42,979 nucleotides of DNA, from contig CDMY01000612.1 in assembly GCA_001179505.1 (NCBI GenBank), forward strand, positions 1-42,979, read 5' to 3'. Below the pieces are notes generated by a model. The model ran no database searches. It saw only the letters and a list, made by a program, of their open reading frames with translations, and was not told the origin of the DNA. Position 1 is the first letter of the stretch. Each line of letters begins with the position of its first letter. Position numbers and translations under genes: made by a program. This DNA is from Vitrella brassicaformis CCMP3155. Its lineage: Eukaryota > Protista > Chromerida. Positions 24,500 through 34,906 of this stretch are shown here, in pieces.

Positions 24500-27400
24500 A
24501 AGTTTACGAACCCGAAAAACGAAAAGGGATTGCCGCGTTTTTGCTTTGTGTTACTGATGGCTGGCAGCAGCCCTGCTCCGTCTGACCCCATCTCCCTTTC
24601 TCCCCTTCTCGGCTAATCCTCCCGTTCCAGTGACGGCCATGACAGCGACATGCTTAAGGACCCCGCGGCCATCGTGCTGCCATCCATGAGCCTCGTGCAG
24701 CTGCGGCAGGTGCTCAAGGACAAGCGCATCAAGCGGCTGCTCGCCAGCCCTCCCCCACCAAAGGCAAAGGCAGCATCCAAGAAACGCTGCCGGCCCGACA
24801 AAGGCGACGATGTTGGTGGTGTGTGTGATGGTGAGGGTGAGGGTGCGGCGGATGGGGGGAAGCAGCAGGGGCCCATCGCAATCAAAACCATCCAGGTATG
24901 TAGATGGGCACAAAGCGTCACCGTTGGCCATCGCACATGGACGCCATCATGAATTGCACGAATACAGGAGGTGTTGGGTTGTGAGATTGTGTTGAAGGCC
25001 GAGTACGAGAAGGTGCCTGAGGTGCCTTTGCCTGCATCCGCTGCAATCATGGACCCTATACTCGCCTTCTTGCAAGACGCCACCACAGCCACCACGGCCA
25101 GCCCCGCCTCCACACAGCAGACCACCCTCCCCGTCGCCACACAGGCCGCCGTCCAGCAACAGCCGCAGCCCAATAAAGATGCCGACACGCTCCACACATA
25201 CGACCTCGGTACACACGCATCCACACACTCCCACCGTCTGCCGCAGGCTGTATGTGTTGTGTTGTGCAGTTGAGTTGACGTTCTCCTGTGAGATTGGGGC
25301 GGGCAGCGGTCCCCTGCTGCTGCAGCGCACCCTCACGGTGTGGGCGGGGTTCTGCCTCTACTCGCTGCACCGCGCCATGCTGCTGGCTCTTCAGTATGAG
25401 GTGGGTGGGGTGAGATGAGGCGGGAAGGTGTCCACAGTGAGTGTTCACTCTCTCCGTCTCTCTCTCTGTGTTTGTGTGTTGTGTGGATGGATTGAACGGT
25501 GCAGTTCGGTGGTGGTGAGTTCGGTCTCTGCCGCCGAGCGCCAAGATCCACCGGGCCATGTCGGACTCCAATGTGCTGCTCACGCGCATCGTCACGCAAG
25601 TCGGCGACCAGTTCTACTACACCTACGGCCCCCTCAACTTCCTCGTCAGTGTCACGGTAAAGACGTCTACCTCTGTGACAGAAATGATGCCCACCCATCC
25701 GTCCATCTGTGTGTATGGCGATGGCTGCAGGATGTGTGTCGGTGGAGCGAGTTCGCCAACAAACCCTTCTCATCGCTCTTCATGGTCAGTGGTCACCCCA
25801 CCTCCCCCACCCTTCCGCCGCCCGGCATTCCTCGACGCGTGTGGCATTCATGTGCTCCCTCACTGCATGTGTGCGTCAGAACTGGTTCCCGCGCCTCGCC
25901 GAGCCCCCCGAGGGCGCCTCTACCTCTCTGCTGCGCGCGCCCGTCTTCTCGGAGGCCGGGGTGGACGTGGGCGCCGCCATGACTGATGACGACGTCAATC
26001 ATATCAACAAGTGCGCGAGCGGTCCACCGACCACACACGCCTACATATGGATGTGTGTGTGTGGCGTGTGTGTGGCGTGTGTGTCCAGGCAGCTGATGAA
26101 GGCGCGCTTCACCCGCAACATGTTCCGCGCCAAGTACGACCAGCCCAGGAAGGGCCCATCTGCCGGACAGGTCGGTGCAGTGGACACACAGAGAGAGAGA
26201 GACAGAGAGACACACATTCCCTCTGTGTGTATGTGTGTGGGTGGGTTTGCTGCCAGCGTAAGAAGCTCAAGTGTTTCTTTCCCGATCGCAAGACGTTCGA
26301 TGAGGCGGCCGTGCTCGAATCCTTCAAGTAAACACACACACAAGGCATTCTCCTGCTGTGTGTGTGTAACCATCCCCTGTCTGTCTGTCTGTCTGGCTGT
26401 TTGTCGGTCAGGCTGCCGGTGCGTGTGTTTCTGACCCATCTGCTGCAGGGCGCCGCGGTGAGCGACCGATATCACAACACACGCCCACACGCACACACGC
26501 ACACACGAGACACATCACATCTCTCTCCTCCGCCTGTGTCCGTGTTCAGTACGGCCCCTCCCTGGCCAACTACACCGACTTAGCCCCTGCAGAGCATCCC
26601 CCCGACCAGCAGCAGCACCATCCATTGCCTCCCCCTCTGTATGGCCCACCACTCCCACCCCACCGCCAGCCCTACCCCACCCCGCCAGTGCCCCTCATCG
26701 TCATGGGCTACCCCGTGGATGAGCACCATGAGCACCATGAGGACAGAGACCCCTTCCACGGCCCCCCGCCGGCCTTTCCCCCCTGCTGTGACGATGGCGA
26801 TGCTGACGAGCCCATGGCGCCACACAGAGACGCCCGAGACCCATATGACGCCGCTGCCGCCCCTAAGCTCAGCTTCTCGCCCAACGACATGGACGATGAC
26901 GATGACCTCTTCGCATGTGGGGACGCATGAGTGACACACACGACGGGGGGATGGCTCTTGTCCTTCTGTGTGTGTGTGTGTGTGTGTGTCAGCGGCCCTC
27001 TGCCCGCCGCTCCCATTTGCCGTTCCTGCTGGTGGTGGCGGCAGTGAGGTGGCCATGACGGATGAGGCCCCTGCTGTGGCTGCGGCTGTGGGTTCGGGGG
27101 CCGGTGAGGGCACCAACAACTTGAAGAGGAAGAGACGGCGGATCGCACTCATCGACTGAGCGGCCGACCCACACCTAACTGGCGAGGCGGAGGGGCGGGG
27201 GAGGGGGGAGGGCAGGCACCATGAGCCAGCGGGTGTGTGGACCAACCGACCGACAGACGGACAGATGGATGGATGGGATGACTGGTGTGTCTATGTGTCA
27301 GCTCTGATGATGACAGACATATACACATGTGGAGTGACGGACGGGGAGCAATCGCATGTCTGTACGCATCTGTGTGTATGTGTCTGATGCAATCGATGCG

Positions 27401-27793
27401 TCCATTCATCGATCCATCCCTGACGGATACACACCTGCCTGTCCTCGCCCACCCACCAGAGAGGCTCACTCATTCGTCCAGGCCGCCAAAACCATGCCCA
27501 CACACAAAGGACAAAGGACCGAAGTCGCAAACACTGGCTGTCACACCACCTGCCAACTTGTCAGCCACCATCAGCCAGCGTGGCTCACCTCACCGCCTCT
27601 TGAGGACGTCAACGCACCTGCACCACCAGCACAGCACAGCACACCACACACACACACACAGAGCCATTGTCAACAATGGACAGCTGGGGGGAGGCCCGGC
27701 TCCCTCCCTCCCTCCCTCTCGCGAGGCCTACGTGTGCATAACGGTCCGCAGTTCGTCGAGCTCCTCGTCGCTGTACCTGGACAAACAAGCCGA
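24500..27793 (+). repeat. Inverted segmental duplication, copy B
   Basis: Reverse-complement match to 2588-5881 with scattered substitutions and microsatellite-length indels. Confidence 0.95.
24557..27159 (+). pseudogene. Disrupted paralogue of the 3210-5822 gene
   Basis: Codon TCA is changed to TAA at 24614-24616, 19 codons after the ATG. A 10-bp deletion (agcactcgtg) between 25523 and 25524 in exon 4 causes a frameshift; copy A reads GAG TTC GAG CAC TCG TGG. The exon-intron structure is otherwise the same. Confidence 0.85.
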
Positions 27794-29467
27794 AAGGGCG
27801 GCTGCACCACACAGACATATTCCACACAGTGACGCTCGTATTCCGGCAAGCGCCCCTTAGTTATCATACCGCCGTCGATTGAAGCGGCCCCCTCTCCCCC
27901 TCCCTCTCCCTCTCGCTGCTGGTCTTGGCCTCGCCGCAGCTGCATCACTTCCTTGATCATGCGGCCGCCCCTCTGACCACACACATAAGGAAGGCACATC
28001 ATAAGTAAGCGGATGGGTGGATGGGTGGATCCATCTAATGTGTGTGCTGAGTCTGAGTGAGTGAGTGACCTCGAAGAGGCTGATCTGCTGAGCGTGTTGC
28101 TCGTTGTGTGCGAGCGTCAGCTCCCTGTTGCCCTGCGCGTAGCGCTCGCGGATCGCCGCTTGAACCCTGCCAGCAACAGCAACACACCCACCACAATTAA
28201 CTGCTCAGGTGGGCAGGCGGGCACATTTGTGTGTGTGTGAAGGTGTGGGTGTCGGTTTACTTCTTGGCGGCTTCGCGGCCTTCGGGTGAGAGCTTGCTCA
28301 TCATCACTGCATGGAACGGACACGGCGCACGCACACACACAGAGAGAGAGAGAGAGTCAGTCGTCATTGTGTGTGTCACGAACGTACCTTCCTCCTTGAC
28401 TGTCTTCCGGTGCTCCTTGTCCGACACATTCGGCGGCTTGGGGCGGGTCAGCAAAGCGATCTCAATGTCGGCGTACAGGTCGTCCACAATCTTCTTGACC
28501 TGATCAATCAATCAATCAAGCGAGCGGTAAGCCACACACGACACCACACACACACATCCGCACCCCTTTATGTGCCCATCCCACCCACAAGCCAAGCCGA
28601 CCGACCCTTTTCTCATGTTGGAGCTGCTGCTTCATTTCGTCGAGCTTTGCCTTCATGGCCGAGTACTCGCCCATCGAGCGGTCATAGATCGCACGCGTCT
28701 CGTCGTCCCACAGCTCATAGTCGGCGCTGTCCACCTCACCGCCGCCACCGTCGTCCACATCACCGCCACCCGCCCCACCACCAGCCAAGAAGTCCCTGCC
28801 GTCCTCATGTGGCTTGTTGGGGTTGCGCCAGAAGGACCGGCCCGGCTGTGTGTCAGATATGGGCTCGTAGATCTCGTGGTTGGGGCCCATGAGCACGTTG
28901 TGCTTGACTGGCTGGCCGGGCAGGTAGCGGCTGCCGCTCTTCAGGCTCGCCAGCGACACGTGGGGCTTGGGGGGCAGCGATGAGGGTGATGGGCAGTAGG
29001 AGGGGCCGCTCGCTTTGGCACTGGCCCGCTTCCGCTGCTGGCTCTCCAGCTCCTCGCGACGCTCGCGTCTCTCGGCTTCGTTGCGGGCCTTCTCGCGGGC
29101 CTCAAGCTCTTTCTGGAGAGAGGCGAGAGAAGGAGAGAGGGATGGCCCTGCCTCCTCTGTGCTGCGTGCTGTGTGCTGTCTGCCGTTTGTGGTTACCACT
29201 TCTTTGGAGAGCTGTTTGTGCTTTGCGAGGGCTATCTCCTTGAGCCTGACCTGCTCGGCGTGTCTGAGAGAGGGAGGGAGGGGGAGGGAGGACAGACAGA
29301 CAGACACAAGGTGGATTGACTGTGTGTCATGTCATGTCATTCGTGTCTGTCGGTCTGCTTGTTGTCTTGTGCTGTGCTGTGCTGTGCTGTGCTGTGCGGG
29401 CGTGCTCACTTTTTCCTGCATTCTTCCGAGTCCTTGAGCAGCTTCGCCAGCTACACATATACGCACA

Positions 29468-29502
<35 letters not shown>

Positions 29503-32500
29503 CGTCCATTCGCCCTTGACATGCGATGCGTCCCTCTGTCATCTCATCTCATCTGATGTGACGTACGTCAGCCTTGTGCTGCTCCAGCTCCTGCCGGTAC
29601 TCGCGGATCTGAATGTCGCTGAGGTTCTTGCGCCGCTCCAGCTGCAGCACATGCTCCGTCAGCTCCTTCTCCTCGCGACGCAGCGCCGCCAGCTGCTCGC
29701 GCTCCTCTGCCGTCAGCTTCCACGAGTCAGACGCTGTGTGTGGCGGGGCCTGGTGGATGTGGTGCCGCCGAGTCCGAGAGGAGGGGGCGGCTCGCGCTCG
29801 GACAGGGGCCGCAGGGGGGGTCGCGGTGGGGGCAGGGGCGGGGCCCGCCTCCTCGTGTGGTGTCCCTTGCTCTTGGTGCTGGTGGGGTGCCGCCTGTGGC
29901 TCATCGATGGGCGGCGCGGCAGCAGCTCGTGGTTGGGCCTCCTGCACGATGACCTCGGGGGTCGGTTGGTCAGCTACCGGGGCCTCGGGAGCGTCCTCGC
30001 CAGCCACGTGAGGCTGGTCGATGTGGTGCTCCTCCTCTTGAGCCGCCGCATCCCTTTCGCCCTCTCCCGCTTCGCTCTGCCCGCCCTGCTGGGGCGGTGG
30101 CTGTGGCTGCGCGTTGCCAGCCTCGGGCTGGGCTTCTGGTGGTGATGGCGATGGCCCGTCGTGTCCGATGCCCGCCTCCTCAGGGATGCCGATCTCGACT
30201 GACGGCGGCCTCTCCTCTTCCTCCTCCTCCTCCGCCTCCCGCTCATCATCATGCTCGTGTGGCGGCTCCTCAGCCTCATCATGCTCGCCATCCGGTGGTG
30301 GCAGTGGTGGTGGCTGCTCCTCAGCCTCGTGAGCCTCGCCGGCGTCAGGAGCCTCTTGCTGGTCGTCCTCGTCAATGTCATGGTCTTCCTGGGGGGCCTC
30401 GGCCTGTTCATGGTCGTCGAGCTCCTCCTCCTCCTCCGCTGGGGCCGCCTGCGGCTCCTCTTGGTCGCCGTCGGCTCCTTCAGCTCCTTCGGCTGTGTCG
30501 CGCTTCTTGCCCTTCTGACGCTTCCTCTACACCACACAAAAAAGGAAACCTCTGTCTGTCTGTCTGTCTGTCTGTCGTGTGTGGGGGGCCTGTGTGACTG
30601 GGTTTGGGTGTGTCTGCGCACCTTCTCCCGGGCCTTCTCGCGCTTCTTCTCGTCTCGCTCGCGTCTGAGTGTCTCCTCCGCCAACAGGTCGTCGACCGCC
30701 GCCTGCTGGGGATGGGCAGACAGGTGCTCCGTCAAGACCGCCTCACACGCCTGCACAGCAGAGCACACAAGACGCCATCACATCACACACGTGGGAGGCC
30801 CTGTTGCCCGCCTACTGTCTGGCGTGCGTGCCTCACCGATCGCTTGTTCTTGCGAGCGAGGTCGAGCGCCGTCTCATTGGCCATGTTGACGGCATCTACT
30901 GCAACGCCCCGCTTGAGCAGCCAGTCGACCAGGCTCGACCAGCCGTGCCGGGCCGCCAGGTGCAGAGCCGTGTTGCCCTCCTTATCCCGCCGCTGCAATG
31001 AGAAGAACGCGCCATCCTGCTGCTGCTCCTGGTGGCCATCGGTGGGGACGGTGGCGGTGGTGGTGGTGGCCTCCGGCTGCGGATGGTCCGGCAGCAGGTC
31101 CCTGATGAGCCCGTGGGCCTCGAGCGCCTCGAGAGTGGCGAGAGCGGTTTGCTGCCGCTGGTCCTCCTCCCGCTGCCTCTCCGCCTCTTCTCGTTTCTGC
31201 TGCTCCTCCCGCCTGAGGCGCACCTGCTCCTGGATGGCCTCCCGCCTGGCCTGCATGGCACGCTCTGCCGCCTCGTCCACCACTGCTGGAGGGGGAGGTG
31301 ATGCGTCTACTGCCTCGTCGAGCTTGATGTCGGCCTCTTCTTGTGCTGGCTGCTCCTGGGGTGCGGGTGCGGGCGATGAAGATGGTGGTGGGGCGGGGGC
31401 GGGGGCGGCGTGGTCCTTGGCTGCTGCTGCTGCTGCTGCTGCAGTCAAGGTGCCTCCCCTTTTGGTTGGTGCTGCCTTGCTCTTGGCTGCGGCCTTCTTG
31501 GCCTTCCGCTTGGCGGCCGCACTCAGCACCGGGGTGGCCTCTGCATACACAAACACACGCACACACAAACACACGGCCGAGGGGGGGGGGGTGTGACTAC
31601 TAGTCAGTCGTTGGTCAGTGGGTCTCAGCTACTCACCGTCTGGAGCCTCCTTAGGTGTGGCGGGCGGGCTGGGCTCCTTGGGGGCAATGGATGCGCTGCG
31701 GTTTGGGGTGGGTGTGGGGGTGGCTGCGGGCTCGTCCTTCTTGTCTTTTGGGGCCGTCTTGGGCGGCGGACCCATGCACACCAGCTGCAGCAGATTCAAA
31801 CCCTCCGCCCAGCGGAACGTGCCTGACGACAGAGACAGACAGACAGACAGACCAGAGGAGAGTGGGTGAGTCTGTCTGTCTGTCTGTCTGGGTGAGCGTG
31901 GTCACTCACCTTTGGCCTTTGCGGTTTGTGCGGGCCTGACCTCCACCTCAGAGAGCACCGACAGGTCGGCTACTGTGTTGTCCAGGAGAAACGTGAGCAT
32001 CTCAGGCCGATGCCACAGGGCCGCCGCACCTGCACAGACGAAGAGACGCAGACAGACGTGGCCATGCCATGCCATGCCATGACAGGTCAGTCAGCGCGCG
32101 ACGACGGTGTGTCTGTCTGTCTGTCTGTCTGTCGGGTCTCATCTCACGCACCGACTGCGGACGCCTTGAGGCTGGCTTTGTACGCCCCGCGTGTGAAGTG
32201 GCACACGTGGCCCTTGTCGTTGACGTCGGCGTTGTAGGCGACAAAAGTCTGCACACATGAGTCAGGGGGGGGGGGGGGCACCATGNNNNNNNNNNNNNNN
32301 NNNNNNNNNNNNNNNNNNNNNNNNNNNNNNNNNNNNNNNNNNNNNNNNNNNNNNNNNNNNNNNNNNNNNNNNNNNNNNNNNNNNNNNNNNNNNNNNNNNN
32401 NNNNNNNNNNNNNNNNNNNNNNNNNNNNNNNNNNNNNNNNNNNNNNNNNNNNNNNNNNNNNNNNNNNNNNNNNNNNNNNNNNNNNNNNNNNNNNNNNNNN

Positions 32501-34740
32501 NNNNNNNNNNNNNNNNNNNNNNNNNNNNNNNNNNNNNNNNNNNNNNNNNNNNNNNNNNNNNNNNNNNNNNNNNNNNNNNNNNNNNGGGGGGGGGGGGGGC
32601 ACCATGTAAACCCACACACCCTCCCTCCCAATGCCGGCGGAGTGCTCTCTCTGACGTACCTGCACGATCTGCATGGGTGCATTGGCCGTGGCCGCCTGCA
32701 CCAGCAGGGGCGACGGCAGGTAGTCTGCTTGCTCCATTCGTCGAGAGAGAGAGACAGACAGACAGACACCGGTCACACGAATGAACCAACCTCCCACCCA
32801 CAGCAACAGCATGTGTGTGTGAGTGTTTGTGTGTGTGTCCGCGCACCTTCGGTGACCACGTTGAGAGGTTCGTCCCGATACATGCAAGACGAGTCAAGAG
32901 CGTCCAGCGCCATATCGCTCCAGCTGATCTTCTTCCCACCCTCCTTCTCCTGCACCTCACCCGCACCCAGGCGCTCGTCGCGGTCCTTCTCGCTCGGCTT
33001 GATGAGTGTCTCGCGCAGCAAAACCTCAAGCGACCTGGCCGCGCCGTGGACAACACACGCTTGAAGCGCGTGGCGGAAGAGCAGGCCGTCCATGACAAAG
33101 GGGCCGGGGTAGCCCGGGCTGGGCATATCAAAGAGAAGCTGGTGGTCCTCCTTGAGCTGCACGGGCCGGCGCTGGTCGTCTGGCACCAGTTGGTCGTGGG
33201 CGCAGTTCTCGCGCGTGGCCCTGGCCATGGCCTTGAGCTTCTCCACTTGTCCGGTGGTGCGAATCCGCTTCCTCTCCTCGTCAATCCGGTGCTTGTGCAG
33301 GTCCTGCTGCTGCCCTAGCTTCGCCAGCATCTTCTGCACCTTCTCTTGGGCGGCGGCACCCTTGCGCCGCGACTGCCGCTCCTTGCCCCCCTGACCGCCC
33401 TTGGTCTCATCTTCAGACCCATCCTCGTTGTGCGCGCGCCGGCGAGCCCGCCGATGGGCGGCGCCTGATGCCGATGACGACTGGATGCCGGGGATGCCGG
33501 GGATGCCGAGGGTACTGTGGAGGTTGTTGCCGAAGAAGAGAGGTGAGCCGCCCTGCTGGAGGAACTCGGCCTCGCCCAGCTGGGAGAGCCCGGAGAGATC
33601 GCCAAAGTTGGGCATCATGCCTTGCTGCAGCTTCCTTTCTCGCTCCTTGTCCTCGTCTGAGTCGCTCAAGGTCGGTTTGGAGAAGTAGGGGTTCTGCTCG
33701 ATGTCTCCCTGGAGCGACTGCAGCAGGCTGATCTCCTCCTCAACCATGCTCAGCTGCTGCCTTTGCCGTGCCGCAGTGACCGTGGGGTCGTCTGGCTGCT
33801 CGTTTTCACCTTCACCTTCACCTTCGTTGTCATTAGTCTGATTGTCGACAATGCCTCCTCTATTCCGCACCATCTCGCGGATCTTCTGGCGCATCATCAC
33901 CTCGCTCAGTCCTGTCACCTCCTTGCTGCCCCGCATCGAGTGGGGGCTGTCGTCATCGTCAGAGCTGTGCCCGCCACCAAAACCCTCATACGCCCCTGAT
34001 GGAGCCGATGGAGCCGAACCAAACTCCATACGGCCAGCCATGGCCTGTGCGGCCATGGCCTGGGCCAGATTGCGGCTGAGAAAGGCTCTGCCAGGGGTCG
34101 GGCCACCACCACCACCCTGCTGCTGCTGCTTGAGGAGAGTGCTGCTGGCCTGTGGTGGGGCGGGGCGGCTGGGTTGGCGGCTCGGAAGGTCTGCATCGTC
34201 ATCGCTGTCCTCTCTGCCGGCACCGACGCGATCAGCGCTGATTCCCGCCTGATGAATTCAGTCGATCAACCAGCCAACCAACCAACCAGTGACAGGCATG
34301 CAGAGGTGTGTGTGTGTGTGTGTGTGCATCTGTCTGTCTGTCTGTCTGTCTGTGTCTGTCTGTCTGTCTGTCGTGTCATGATTACCGACCTGGCTGTTCT
34401 GAATTATCTTCCCCACCCAGTCGTCCACAGCCTTCTTCTGTAGAGGGTCCTCTTCCTGTTGGTTCCCCTCGGTCGCCGATCTCATGCTCACCGGTTGCCC
34501 TTCCAAATCCCGCTTCACATCCCGCTCCCTCCCGCCTTCCCTGCGACTCGACGCCACGTGGCTCCTGCTCCCGCTCGCAACCCGGCGGCTCCCTGACGCC
34601 TCCTGACCTGGTCGTCTCGCCCGCAGGTAGTCGCCCTCCCTGACAGGCAGAGACTCCTCCTCATTCTTGTCCTCGTAGAGAGCCTTCCTGGTGCTGCCGG
34701 TCAGGCCTTTGCGCAGGTTCTCGAAGAATGATCCGCTCAT
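27590..34740 (-). CDS. Very large ankyrin-repeat / coiled-coil protein (about 16 exons)
   Basis: Clear ankyrin repeats RDKEGNTALHLAARHGWSSLVDWLLKRGVAVDAVNMANETALDLARK. Weaker repeats PLLVQAATANAPMQIVQTFVAYNADVN and AVGAAALWHRPEMLTFLL. Acidic and coiled-coil regions. In-frame splicing traced from MSGSFFENLRKG (34740) to ..MQLRYSDEELDELRTVMHTCVDVLKRR* (27590); one GC donor is needed. Confidence 0.8.
32286..32585. other. Assembly gap (300 N) inside an intron
   Basis: Both flanks read poly-G + caccatg, indicating overlapping contig ends at a G-run. Confidence 0.9.
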
Positions 34741-34906
34741 CGGTAGAATGCGGTCAGATCAGCTCAAGGATAGATGCGAAGATGCCAAGAAGATGCTGTC
34801 AGGTAGTCTCTTCCTTCACCGTTTTTCCCACTTCCCCTGCAAGCTTAGCTTGCGAGATGCGAGCTTACAAGAGGAAAAGGTGATCCAGCCGTCCTTTGCG
34901 CAGATC
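34741..34906. promoter_or_regulatory. Short divergent promoter containing the inverted repeat GCAAGCT-T-AGCTTGC (34839-34853)
   Basis: Lies between the ankyrin ATG (34740, -) and the probable FtsH-like ATG (34907, +). The palindrome is seen directly; its function is inferred. Confidence 0.45.

Noticed and set aside
26928-26930. Apparent stop-loss between the duplicated copies (GCA TGA in copy B versus GCA CGA in copy A)
   Set aside because: A phase-1 donor just upstream (GCA T|gtgggg) joins in frame to the terminal exon SALCPP..KRKRRR, so the site is probably intronic.
16830-31596. Long antisense ORFs (e.g. 16830-17477, 20997-21842, 30604-31596, 30251-30889)
   Set aside because: These are shadow frames of GC-rich real exons on the opposite strand, with no domain signal.
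34740-34750. Back-to-back ATGs only 7 bp apart (34740 on -, 34748 on +)
   Set aside because: The sequence between 34748 and 34907 looks non-coding or promoter-like, and the ATG at 34907 is a more plausible start.
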